Of a stretch of 64,000 bases of DNA, positions 1-12,284 are shown piece by piece. The notes below the pieces were generated by a model. The model worked only from the letters and a program-made list of their open reading frames with translations, was not told where the DNA came from and searched no databases. Source of the DNA: Blasia pusilla. Taxonomy: Eukaryota. The position numbers and the translations under genes were made by a program. The first letter of the stretch is position 1. Each line of letters starts with the position of its first letter. The stretch is taken from positions 9,362,001 to 9,426,000 of the forward strand of contig CM114271.1 of the NCBI GenBank assembly GCA_050084515.1. The letters are read 5' to 3'.

Positions 1-1669
1 ATGTATCTCAACCACCAGGTTTTGAGACACCCGGATCAGAAGAGAAGGTGTGTTTACTACATCGAGCATTGTATGGGTTGAAGCAAGCCCCAAGGGTATG
101 GTATCAACGAATAGATATATTATTCCGAGAGAAGGGTCTCATCAAGATTCCGTCAAAAGAAAATTTGTATGTGTTTTGCGAAGATGGGATATAGATGTTG
201 ATATTTTTCGCGCCCCTACTCTCCTTGAACGTCAATCTTTAGTGTTGCGGAAGCGTGCGTTCAATAGGTCACGAACTCATGGCCGATCTGCACCCAAACA
301 CGCACTCTCATTAGTCGGGTTTGGCCAACCGGCGTTCCAACCCACCGAGTCCTCAACTCGGCGTCTCATCAAGCTCAACCTTCCTTAGTTCCTAGCTTCC
401 AACACATGCCAAGTCCTTCAAGACTTGGAACGGACTTTCTAGTTAGTCCAAGTATTTGAAACGGCACTTGCGCGCCTAGCGATCCCAACTGTTCAATGGT
501 CCTCGGGTGAGTTCCAAACCGAGACCCAAGTAATTGAGTCGTGGGGTGGAATCCAAGAGGGATGTCTAAAATCGCCTCACTGGACTTGGTGCAGGTTTTC
601 CAACCCAACCCCCAAACTCGCGTTCTGTTCCATGCCCTTGAGCCGCCCCGCGGCGCCCAAAGTGGGGTTTGGGTTCCAAGCACTCTCGGAGACCTTCCCC
701 CTTACTAGTACTTCTGGGGTTCTCCAATAACCCTTCCCCTTTAGGAAAAGAGGGTCGGGCCCTTCATTGTGGCCCTCAACCCGACTCCACTTACAATCGT
801 TTTCGGATCGTATCTCAGCCATTGCTTATGTGTTTGCAGAGATCTTTGGTGCGTTTGGACCGGCTCTCCATAAGCTTTCCAATGCACCCTTATTTGCTCC
901 AAACGCATCTTGGCGCTAAAAGTTATGGCCATAAATACAGTCGGAAACTCTCAAACGCTAGTGGCGTTCCACATCTGGATCTTTCCTTTGGCAACCCACT
1001 TCCTAGACTCGACTTCTTTCAAGTCTCATTCCGTGTTTGGTCCAGGTTTCTCAGTCGCGACCATAACACCTGAAATGCGACTCCTCGCTCGCGTCTCGTC
1101 TCTTGTCTCCTCTTTGAGACAACTCCAACACGCAAACCATCTTAACGTGAGCCTGCTAATGTTCCGATGTTCCGTTTGGCACTTGTTTGGTCATGAGGGT
1201 CGCGACAATATTCTTGTATGTGGATGATCTGATCATCACAGGAGACCACATTAAGAAAATAGAGGAAATGAAGGGAGTGTTGAAATATGAGTTTGAAATG
1301 TCAAATTTAGGTCTTTTGCACTACTTTATAGGGCTGGAGATTTGGCAATAGTCAGATTCTATTATTCTCTCTCAGCAAAAGTATGCTAGAGAAATCTTGA
1401 AGGCATTCGGGATGATCGAGTGTACGGAAATTGTCTCGCCAATGGAGGTAGAGTTAAAAATCTTGATGGAGGATGTTTCACCATTGGTAGATGAAAAGTT
1501 GTACAAAAAGCTTGTAATCAGTTTGATATTTTTGTGTAACACTAGACCAGACATTAGCTTCGTTGTGGGAGTGTTGAGTAGGTTCTCAACTAAGCCTTGT
1601 GAGAACCATTCGAAGGTAGGGAGGCGTGTGTTGAAGTACATCAAAGGAATTATCGAGTACGGCATCACC
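1..1669 (+). pseudogene. Ty1/Copia reverse transcriptase remnant, interrupted by a solo LTR (206-1207) and ended by MULE copy A
   Basis: QPPGF..KVCLLHRALYGLKQAP at 1-95; LYVDDLIITGD directly after 1212; TRPDISFVVGVLSRF..RRVLKYIKG in ORF 1397-1681; stops and frameshifts present. Confidence 0.9.
206..1207 (-). mobile_element. Solo LTR (1002 bp) of the chromovirus family at 26374-47370
   Basis: Near-identical to 46369-47370; ends T(T)TCGCG...CGCGACA; 5-bp TSD ATATT at 201-205 and 1208-1212. Confidence 0.93.
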
Positions 1670-1728
1670 GAGGTGCGGTAAGAGGAGAGGAAGAGAGGAG
1701 AGAGGAGAGAGGAGAGAGGAAACTACCT

Positions 1729-2202
1729 TGTCATGACCATACGGATTATGTCGTAGAGTATGGTGTGCTAGTAGAGGCCATTCCTTATGTAGGACCGTAA
1801 TGGATTGGTAGAGATGCGATTCCATACATAGGGTTGGGAGTTACTCAGTTGGGGGTGACTTTCCTAGTAGGGCCCGCTCTTAGGTTGGAGGATATAAGGT
1901 GGCTTGCCCTCAAAGAACAGTCAGTTCTTTGAGTTGAGCCTATTGCGTTGGGAGTTAGCCTTGGTAGTGAGTAGAGCTCTTGGCTATGGCGTTTCCCGCA
2001 AGCTTCGACCTAGATTCTCCCATCGTGGAGTGGATTTGGCTCGATTGTATGTGATTGTAAACGTGTTTTATGACAGTAGGTCTTTCACGCATTTCAGTTG
2101 TGGTACACTTGTGTTTGTGGATACTCTCGTCTATGTTATGTATGTATGTGAGCATGGTATGTCAGCGATGTATGTTGTATGACGATGTGGATTCGCACGA
2201 CA
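1729..2202. mobile_element. Solo LTR (474 bp) inserted in the subterminal region of copy A
   Basis: TGTCATG...CACGACA ends; 4-bp TSD ACCT at 1725-1728 and 2203-2206; empty site GGAAACCACCTTCAACCG visible in copy B (~60723-60740). Confidence 0.8.
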
Positions 2203-2535
2203 ACCTTCAACCGAAATAGATACTTTTTTTAAGAGAGTTTCCGTTGGGTTGAAGAGAGGAAACTTTTTGTGTCAATTTTTTTGTTCAGTTATTAAGCAGT
2301 CCCACCGTTTTTTTTTTCTCTTCCATATTTTGGCAACCCATCTGAGTCCGATCCGTTGCAAATTGCACAAAATATACAAAATTGAAAAATCAGTAGAATC
2401 ATAAGTGTGGAATCAATCACTTTTTCCATCCAAGGTCTGGAAACAATCTACCATTTGCCCTGGGCTGAATAGAGTTCAAGCAAAGTGAAGGTTCTTGAAA
2501 AATGAAAGTACAATCTAAAACCTCATTTTGCATCC

Positions 2536-5500
2536 TCAAAGTGGTTTGTTTAAAATACTTCGCACTTCTTTGAGGGACAGAATTGGTTGGTGGATTCCTA
2601 CTCCTACCTCCGACTCTCTTAAAACTACCAGCAACACATAGTACATGTGCTTACAAGGGAAATACCTTTTGCCACTTGTCTCTCTTTGGACAAAGTCATC
2701 ACATGAACATGTGGGAAAGCAACAGATGTGCACCACATACACCCCTGTGACACTTGAATTAACAGTGTTGTTCCTGACCCAATACATCCTTCCTATTCCA
2801 TTGCCACTCAAGACATCTTTCGTGGCGATGATCTCCATTTTTACCTCCCGAGTTGATGCAATTTGCTTTGCTCTCTCCACCGTTGGCCTACACATTCTGT
2901 TTCTCTTCACCCCATTTCTAGACTCAAACAGAAATAATGGATTGAGATCATCCACCTTCTCCGGGTACATGTTGACATCAAGCTTGGGTTGAATACGAAA
3001 TGCGAAGGTCTCTGTAATGCGAACATGCTCCGAACTTCCCCCGTCTACGAGTCTGAAACTGGCACTTGTAAGATTGTCCACTTCGTCTTGAGTGCAGTTC
3101 GTACCTGCGGCGATGGGCCAAATCGTGGGGGTATTCCCCGGAGCTCCAATGGCAGTCGGATAAGACTTTCGGAAAGCGCAAGATTCATTTGGGCAGAAGA
3201 AGTACTTCAATTGATCCCCGATCCTCGTGAAATGATCAAAGGTTTTGAGTCCCCAAAACCTGTGCAAAGGGTCGCCCATCCTTGTACTGATTCTTATTTA
3301 GGAAAGTGCCGCATGCTCTCCTAATGCCATCAGATCCTGCCCTACAGGTGAGTCCATCTTCTGGGTTGCTCTGAGATATATGCCACCGTTTTAGGTTGCA
3401 ATCCACCTCCATAACCGGAATCCCATATTGTTGAACCACCCCACCGACCGGATGTTGCGAACTCCCAGCAACGAAGGGCTTTTGAAATAAAACATTCACT
3501 GATTTTGGAGAAGTAACTCCATCACAGATTTGGGACGGGTCCGGGGTCCCTGAATACCTGGGCGGCATAATTTCCTCATCCAAATCAATCATCGGATTTG
3601 TTCCTCAATGTTGCCTCTTCACCTACCTGAAGTCAAGATACTTATCTGGTTTTCACGAGTCTCGCTCGGACTGCTCTACCACCATCTGTATGGGACGTCT
3701 TGAAACCCGCCCACGAATATCCCCACCAATGTGTACGTCTTGCTCGAGGGGAGTTCCAAGTACGCACCGGTTGAAGGCTTCCACATACATTTTTTCATCA
3801 CCAGATCTCACAACCCTCGACATACATTGACTCGAGATCGACGACCCCCTTCCTTTTGTTATGCCTTTTGTGAGGAAGATATGGGATGCTGCAGACTGTA
3901 GCATTGCTCTTGCCTGGTCTTGTTGGCATGCCTCCACAAGTGAAATTCGTTTGCATGCTTGTGACAACCTCCAAGAGGAATGAACACTTTCTGCTCCACT
4001 TGTGTTGGGGCAGAGGGCATTTTCATGAATGTTCAATCCCTGCAACGACGGCAATGTTAGAAGGGAACGAAAATAACTCAGCAGTCAAAGACATAAGCTA
4101 CCTGTCGGAACCAGACGGGTTGTAAGGCCGAGGAATCCCATGAACGACTCTGCGACCCGTCGGGTCCCGACGTGTTGCAACCCTAAACCCACCTACTGCA
4201 GCCCGTCGGATTCAAACGGTTTGCAAGGCCGAGGCATCCCATGAACGACTCTGCGACCCGTCGGTTTCCGTCGGGTTGCACACTCAGGTTGCACCAAATT
4301 CTGGATGCAACCCGTCGGGTTGCACACTCGGGCATCCCGTCGCATCCAACAGCTTGCTTGGTTTTTTCGGTCTGAAATCCCTATAGTTCCCACGCTTCTC
4401 AACTTTAGCTGCAACTTTACACACAATTCTCAGCATGAGCTTGACAAGACAAAATAGTGAACTCACCTGCCGCATGAAGTTTCCCCATTGTCTCATACGT
4501 ACAGTCCACCAACTCAACCAAGAGCACAACTCTTTGTACTTCCCCTCAATTGCATGCTTCCTCCACCACCCATGAAGTTCTTCTTGGCATTCCATGGCCT
4601 CGCTTTGTTTTTTGTCCTTGCATCGTTGGAGTAGAGTGACATGCTCTGTCCTCTTATTCTCCTTAATGCAAGATTTGGTGTACCGGGTCACAGATTGTTG
4701 CCAATGGAAAGCATCCGAACTTTCCCTCTCCGGCTGAACCTCCCCACCCCAGAACACTTCCCGGATAGCAATCCACCTAGGTTGTGCATTGTCCGCCATG
4801 AACCCATAAATTTCCGAAGGTGGCCTTTTGTTTTCCTTCACCACCTCCAATAAGAGTAACCAGCACATCTTCAAACGGCCAACGTCTTCTTGTTTTACTT
4901 CACAGACAAATATAGTTTTGAGTCCCTTCTCCACATGGTCATAAACATGAGCACCCATCGTCAACCATCCGTTCAGCACTCTAGAAAATATCAAAGCTTA
5001 CCCAGCTGCCGTAAAGATCTTCCCCTTCCCTCATTCGATCTATAAGATCGAGGCCACTCGACGGACCTATGGTTGACATTTTGAAGACATAGGCCCTAGA
5101 TCCCTCGCCTCCTTGGCCCATGAATTGCCATCTCTGAATGAATGGAAATCTAGAGTTGGCCTTGATTCTGGCGATGGCATCCATTTCGGCCGTCTTTCCA
5201 TCCAAAACTCGTATTTGATGCAGCAAATTCCGGAAGCATTCAGGATCAGCGAGAAATGCGAGATTTTCCCACAGTTGTTTCTCCTCAACCGATGTGATCT
5301 CGCCCTGTCTAGGGATTCCAAGCAATTGTTCACAAATTTGTGATGCCATTGTGAGCTTGATCACTCCGGGCTTTGAACCCAGAGAGTTTCTATAGACCTC
5401 GACAACTTTCTTCGCCACATCCTCCTTCATGTGTCTTTGAATTGCATCGGTCAGAGGATGAGTGTGGGAGCCAACATGAACTGCCAGCCTTGTGTACTCT

Positions 5501-6475
5501 GACGTGGAGCCCAAGTCGTGGACAATGAAAAATATGTATGCAAGACACGCTCCAACGCAGAAGGGCGATGCCTGACAATGAGGACATCGATGGCCTCCCG
5601 GCGGTATGGTGGCACCGACCTCGTATGGAGTTTCTGCATTGTTGGGGGGGAATTGCGACGTATTGACTCGCCCGTTGCGCTCTAGATACGGGCATGCTGG
5701 ACTTCTACACTCCAAGGCTCCCACGCATTGGCGGCGGGAGACAATCCAAGGACCGTCTGGAATTGAAGCACTAGTCCGTTGAAGCTTGCACCATCGATGA
5801 CAATCATACTTTCTGTCCAAACCCTTCACGCGTCCTCCATCTTTCTTTTGAGCAGGAGCAACAAGTGGAGGAAACTAAAAAATGCAATTACCATCGTACG
5901 TGGGTGGCAGCTCGTCGACAAGAATATGCTTGAACATTTTCAAGGCCAGAGACGAAAGCAAACTATTGCGTGATACTCGCAAGAGGAACGAGTAGGCGGA
6001 CAGAGGGCCGCGTTGGTGCCTGACAGATCCACTGAGATTGATAACATCCGGAATCTCTTCAGGAAGAACAACATTGATACGAGCGTGTGAAGTTGGAGTC
6101 GAAGCCGGATCTACTGAGTTAGGAGTTGCAAACGTAGAGCTCGGAGCACTAGGAAATTCTCCACCGTCTACTTGGGAAACATACAAATTCAAGGGTAGGG
6201 CGTAAACTCTGTATTGACCATTTGCTAGAGGTAGGAGATTCCATACTTTACGGTCTACAGTCACTAGCTGGACTGTCTCACCTATTATGTCTTCCATACC
6301 GTCCATCCTAACATCTTTGGATACAAAGATGGTTCCAATTTGGAGAAGAAATCGAACAGAGAGAAAAAATTTCATCCACTACTATGAAAGACTCACGAGC
6401 TTGCGGTCGAATGATTTCTCATTGAGGAAGGGCCGCCAGATGACTTCCACAAGTGAGCTTCACATAATTATCCAT
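2536..6475 (-). pseudogene. MULE-type transposase (GCM/WRKY-like Zn domain, DDE, SWIM), copy A; exons ~6475-4467 and 4039-2536
   Basis: N-terminal CxGxLxC..C..C..C..HxGxHxHP; VSFDIF, GFMADNA, SSDAFHW (D-x2-H), PNTSGAESVH (Glu); C-terminal CSCDDF..PCKHMYYV SWIM; GT-AG intron 4466-4040; internal stops and frameshifts. Confidence 0.85.
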
Positions 6476-6526
6476 TCCCAAAAATTTCGTACGGAAGGAG
6501 GGTGAGAATGAGAAAGAGAATTTTTA

Positions 6527-6533
6527 ATTTATA
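6527..6533 (-). promoter_or_regulatory. Putative TATA box of the transposase gene
   Basis: TATAAAT ~50 bp upstream of the ATG; conserved in copy B at 56224-56230. Confidence 0.45.
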
Positions 6534-6689
6534 GTGAATAGGAAAACAGGTACTCCTGACAGATTTTTACTGACAAGATGAAGTTCGGTAGATGATATTG
6601 TCTGACACAATGGATCCCATTCTGTTGCAACAGATTCAATTCTGTTGCAATGTGTTACCAGATTTGGGAAGAAGAGACGTGGGTTGCGA

Positions 6690-7330
6690 AGCACACTTCA
6701 TTTTGTTGGAACCCGTCGGAGTCCTGGTAACTCAACAATTAACCCAAGCTAAGCAAAGCCTGCAACCCGTCGGCTTCGGACGGGTTGCACGCTTCTGCTT
6801 TACCTTCAAACGCAAACATGGTTGAAGCTGGCAACCCGTCGCTCTCCGACGACTTACTCGGATACCGCTCCTTCTTGCCCAAAGATGCCAGAGGTGTGCA
6901 AACCGTGTGTTCCCGACGAGTTCCGCGGGTGCCGCACCTATTTGCCCAAAGACGACAAGGCGTGCAACCCGTCGCCCTCTAAGGGGTTGCGCAAGTGCCT
7001 TGCCTTGTTTCGCTTACATGAAGAAAGCGTGCAACCTGTCGGACTCCGACGAGTTGCGCAGGAAGCCCGCGTTGTTAACCCTTGACGAGCGAAGCGTGCA
7101 ACCCAACGGTCTCCGACGGATTGCACGGGTACCTCCTGTTCTTGTCCGAAGACGCCAGAGGCGCGCAACATGTCGGTCTCCGACGGGTTGTGCGGGTACC
7201 TCGCGTTCTTGTCCGAAGACGGCGGAGGCGCTCAACCCGTCGATCTCCGACGGGTTGCTCGCGCACCTCGCATTATCTTCCCAGGACGGCGGAGGCGCGC
7301 AACCTGTCGGACTCCGACGGGTTGCCATTT
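6690..7330. repeat. Array of the 29-bp palindrome with ~67-bp period between the two genes
   Basis: GCAACCCGTC-like starts at 6831, 6898, 6964, 7031, 7098, 7165, 7232, 7299. Confidence 0.9.
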
Positions 7331-7414
7331 TTCGCGTCCGGACTTCCATAACGGCCGGCACGTCGCCGTCGAAACGACGACGGGACCCAACGGTCAGCCC
7401 AACGGCTAGAAAAG

Positions 7415-7422
7415 TATAAATA
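7415..7422 (+). promoter_or_regulatory. Putative TATA box of the ParB-MTase gene
   Basis: TATAAATA just downstream of the array, ~290 bp before ATG 7706; degenerate in copy B. Confidence 0.4.
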
Positions 7423-8898
7423 GGGCAGAAATCGCTCATTTCCGGTTTCTCATTTCGGGATCTCCATTCCTCTCGGTCTCGCGCAGCAGCTGATCAGATG
7501 CCAAGGGGCGTTTCACACGACGAGTCATCGCGAGTCGATACGAGGGAACGAGAGCGAGACGGTTCGACCGAACGAGAGCGAGATGGTTCGACAAAACGAT
7601 CGCGAGCCCATTCGAGCTACCCATCAAGGCGACTCATCTCGACATCAGATAGGCGGCTGATCAAGCGATTCATCGTGGACATAGGTGGAGGCATTTCCGG
7701 GATAAATGACGAGGAAAAAATCTCAAGCAAACAAGTCTGGGAGCTTCACTCCGAAGTCCATTAGGACTCCTGCGTCAGCATCTCCAAGGCCTTGTTCGAC
7801 AAATGAAATTAGGCAGCAAGAAATCGAGGAGTGGGAAAGGGAAGCGGAGATGCACAACCAAGAGCTTCTTGCGAGACGTGTTCAAGAGGTGCTCGATTGA
7901 CAGAACGCAGAGGCTGAGACGTCGCAGGCCTTGAAGAAAAGGATCGCCAACGAAAAGAGAGAAAAGAAGCGTCTGGACGCGTCGGTGAGGAGAGCAGAAT
8001 TGGCTAAAGCGAGGAGGGAAAAAGCGATAGCCATTGACGACAGCCCTGCCCGTCCAACCAAAAGTGTTGAGATGCGGGAAATGTCCCCGATGAAGTCCGG
8101 GGACACAATCAACATAGCGGAAACGCCAGAAGTTCAAATTACGGACGATGAGGTCATGAGGACCGCCAGCGTGGAGATGGTGGACATTGCCAAAGAAGCC
8201 GGAGAGCGGTCATTCTCGTCTCCAAGCCCGGAAGAAGACATCGACCTCTATCAGATCGACGAGTTCCCAGTCGATTTGCCAACAGCCGTCTCAGACAAGT
8301 TGGCTGGTCAAGAAACCGACCCAATTTTCGAGTGGGTAAGAGAGGATCTGGGTTTTTTGAATTATGTGAATTGCAATTCATTGGGAAATCAGTGTAGCTT
8401 ATTGATCTTGTCCCGGTCTTGACAGGTGGTAAAGCAGATGGCACTGATGGAGGGCCACAACGCCCCGAGGATTCCACTGTGCCGATTGCGGACAATGGAA
8501 TACGTCCGTGAAATTCAGTCCGACGAGGACATCGCGAAGCTTAAACAATCGGCGGCAATAGCATCCTACGTCGACAGCCTTCCTCCCTTCTATGTTCAGC
8601 CTTACGACGAGCATGGAACCCAAGCCCTAGTTACGGAGGAGGACTTGGATAAGCTCGACACATTCTGGAGGATGAGAGACCAGGATTTCAGAAGGCAAGT
8701 AGAGGGCACGGAATTCAGCTGGATGAGGAATCTGTATTTCTTCATCTGGGATGGAAATCACAGGTTCATGGCATGGACCAAGTTTGCAGAGGAGCGGCCC
8801 AACTCCTTGGAGGCACATTCTTGCGTGAAGGCAGTGGTCCTTCATCCATTCCCTCATCACATGGCGACGGTGGAGATGGCCATGCATGCCATGAACAC

Positions 8899-9644
8899 GT
8901 AAGTATCTTCTTGATGCAAACTGTCGGACTCCGACAAGTTGTTTGGGTCGGCACTGTTGTTGGGATGCTTTTGGCCAAACGCAACTCGTCGGACTCCAAC
9001 GAGTTGCTCGATTGATGAATGGGTTAGGTTATTTTTTGCCAAAAGCAACTCGTCGGACTCCGACGAGTTGTTCGACTGACCACAAGTTTAGTAAGTTTTT
9101 GGCCCAAAGCAACCCGTCAGAGTCCGACGGGTTGCTCGACTCGCCGTCTTTTCAGGATGTTTTTTGAAGAAAGCAACTCGTCGGACTCCGACGAGTTGTT
9201 CGACTGACCACAGGTTTAGTATGTTTTTGGCCCAAAGCAACCCGTTGGAGTCTGACGGGTTGCTTGACTCGAAACTGTTTGGAGGTTTTTTTTTATGTTT
9301 TTGGCCGAAAGCAACTTGTCGGAGTCGGATGGGTTGTCTTCGGAAGTTGGTTTAGCAAATTTCGCGTCAAATTCCAAGTTTCCATTCAATTGTGAAACCT
9401 ATCGGACTTCGACGGGTTGCTATGTTCACGTTTGATACGGAATATCTGACAACCCGTCAGAGTCCGACGGGTTGAAACCAGGCATTCACAAATGTGAATG
9501 CAATCCGTCGAACTCCGACGGGTTGCATCATTTAGCTCGTTGCTAGAATCCGACCTTGAGGTGTGATGACCCGTCGGAGTCCGACGGGTTGTAGGAACCC
9601 ATGTAACTTACAAATTTTCTGACGGGTTGAGTTTGGATGTGCAG
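8899..9644. repeat. Intron 2 palindrome array, 64-bp period in its first half
   Basis: Units start at 8981, 9045, 9109, 9173, 9237; GTAAGT donor and TGCAG acceptor. Confidence 0.88.
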
Positions 9645-11711
9645 GATTGTATCGGAGGGGAATGGCACCCACCACTGGATCCAGGACTGCGATCGGGTGA
9701 AGAAGGGGCTTACGACGCACCCGACACAGTACAAGAGGTTCTTGGGCGACGCCTTGGTAAATCAGATGCTTGCAAAGGGTGCACAGATAAAGAAGAAAAC
9801 TTGGGCAAATAAGTTTATTTCCCAAGATGCACCCGTAACCATCCTTTGCTGGTCAAAGATACAGGCCGCGAAGAAGAGCGTGGGACTGGAGCTAGAGCGG
9901 AGGGAGAAAGTATCTGGGTCTGAGCGCGCAAAATTCATCCAAGCTGCAGTATCTGCAGCCACAAAATACACGGCAAGCAAGATGCAACGATACATCAGCA
10001 TTCTCAACCCCAAACTTGGTCCGGAGTTTTACAAGGAGCTGAAGGCGATTATCAAGCGCCAGTGGAAAAGGGGTGAAGATCCGCAAGGTCGGATTGGGGA
10101 GAAAGTGTCCCTGGATCGCGTGCATCGGTTTGCGTTATCTCGCATAAGCAAGTTTATGAGGATCCAACTGATGAAAATCAGTCTCGAGGGCACAGAGGCC
10201 CAGAAGAGGGCAGCGAGGCCCAGAAGAGGGCAGCACACCATCCTCTGGGTGTGTCCGATCTAGTGATCTCCCACTGGCTACGCAAATGGTCGTTCTGGGA
10301 CGCGTTGTGGGCTATCGGGAAGTCCGTGCTGGACAGTCTGCAAGCGGAGCTCAAAAGATTAGAGCCCATTTTGGATGAAGAAAACCTGGAAAGTTCTGTA
10401 GATTTTGAGGTTTGGCTCGACGACATCCGGGACAAGCCAATAAAAAACCCAGGATTCAAGACAATGTTCAAGGTTTGCGTCCTCCCTTTGGCAAAGCTTG
10501 ACGAAGAAATCGAGGGGAACAAACGGGATCAAGCAAAGAAGAAGCGAGATCTACAGGAGCAAACGGCCGATTCAGTTTGAGTAAAAGTTGCCCAACGGAT
10601 GGTCTTCAGGTACCTCGTCCAGTGTAAGAATGCAGGTACGTGGGGAAAATTACCAACAGCCTTGAAATTGTGGGCTTCGCTGCCTGATGGAGAGACATTC
10701 TCCATGAACGACATGGAGATGGGGTAGCACATGTCGGATTGGGAGGTGGAGAATTGCCCAATTTGGCTTGACTTCAACGACCCTGAAGACATCACCAATA
10801 AGCATTTACGAGTGCTTCATGATGCAATGGCCTCAGGACAAGACGACATCCCCAATTTTGTGCATCCTGAAGACTTCTACGGAGGAGATGCGGAAGAGCA
10901 AGCCCACGAGACAGCTGAGTTGGCTTCCAAGGTCCGCACAACCAAAGACAAATCCACAACGGGTCTCAAAGGCAAGGCGAGGGGAGGGAAAAATTCCGAG
11001 GCGGAGTCTTCCCAAAGAGAGGCTGAAGATTCAAGGCCAGAGGCGGAATCGTCTGGGCGAGCGGGGAGAGAGGGTCGGACCAGGTCCTCGGCGAAAAAAA
11101 AAAAAAAAAACCCCACCAGTCTCGAGGTCATAGAGACCCGACAAGCCGTCCCGCAGACTCGGGAGAAGCGGAAGCGAGAGGTGTCAGGGTTGTCACAAGG
11201 AGAATACAGTCCATCATCCTTGGGAAGACATAGACAAACAACGACCCGGACAAGCGTCCTCCTTCAATTCCTTCAATTCACTCCTTTACTGGATGAGTTG
11301 AAAAGCTTCAGTTCTCAAGTGTCGACACCAGCCATTGATAAATTGACAACGCCGGGACGGAAGCTCCAACGAAATGGGCACGCTGCCAGGACGGTGAATG
11401 GAGTGGTCGAAGAGGTTGCGGTGGATCTCTTGATCGCTGATCTGCCCTTGGGGTTGCGACTGTGGGGCGAGAATCCGTCGGACGGGGTACCTGAGTGGAA
11501 TGTGCCGCTCTCTTATGACCAAATCGCGCTATTGTTCTCCTTTGCAGACGCCTATCTGAGTGACAGGGGCTGCTTCTTAGTGTTGACTGGAGGGAGTGAG
11601 GACGAGCTCTTCAACCTCCAGTGCGTCAAGAGGTCGCTAAAGTGGAGGACGGCGCAATCGTGGATCATAAAAAATGAGTACCCACTCCGATCCGCAATGA
11701 GTTAGATTCGG

Positions 11712-12284
11712 GTAAGGCTCAATTCCTGTAGTAAAATCTCAATGCGTGTGAATTTCAGATAGTATATCTCTGATGTTTTTGTCCGTGAGCAACCCGTCAG
11801 AAGGCAACGGGTTGCTGGCTTAGAGCAGCCCATGCTTGGCTAAGAGCAACCCGTCGGTTTCCGACGGGTTGAATCTTTCCCATAAACACAGGGAAAACCG
11901 TGATGTACCTGCAACCTGTCGGAACCCGACGGGTTGCATCTTTCCCACAAACACAGGGAAAACCGTGGTGTACCTGCAACCCGTCGGAACTAGACGGGTT
12001 GCAGTTGCTTTTGGTTTTTCCTTGTGTTTCCGGAAAGCTGCAACCCGTCGGAAAGCGACGGGTTGCTCTCAGCCGAGCATGGGCTGCCCTAGGCTAGCCA
12101 ACCCGTCCCTGACCAACTCGTCGCCTTCCGACGGGTTGGTCAGGGACAAAAAAACCCGTCGGACTCCGACAGGTTGCTCCAAAGTTAGTAATTGAAAAAA
12201 GTTCTCTAGGGTCAAGCCTTCTTTGGTGACGTGTTGCACATTATTTCTTGTTGTTGACATTGTTTCCAACGTGGTTCTTTACAC
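11712..12284. repeat. Intron 3 of the ParB-MTase gene with palindrome array
   Basis: GTAAGG donor; multiple CAACCCGTCGG..CCGACGGGTTG; acceptor mutated here (ACAC) but intact in copy D (ACAG at 21133-21136). Confidence 0.8.

Noticed and set aside
375-1227. Recurrent ORFs MGSKHSRR.., MALKVM.., MLGTQT.. (also at ~26.5-27.4 and 46.5-47.4 kb)
   Set aside because: They lie inside LTRs; recurrence reflects LTR identity and they have no recognisable domains
1681-1720. GA-rich microsatellite or PPT
   Set aside because: It is the subterminal tract of the MULE, conserved at its other ends
6785-7439. ORFs with repeated NPSDSDGL / QPVGLRRVA / ATRRSPTGC peptides
   Set aside because: Translations of the DNA palindrome in all frames
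8916-9340. CRISPR-like look: ~27-bp palindromic repeats with ~37-bp spacers
   Set aside because: Spacers are related to each other (128-bp higher-order duplication), the array lies in a spliceosomal intron, and there are no cas genes
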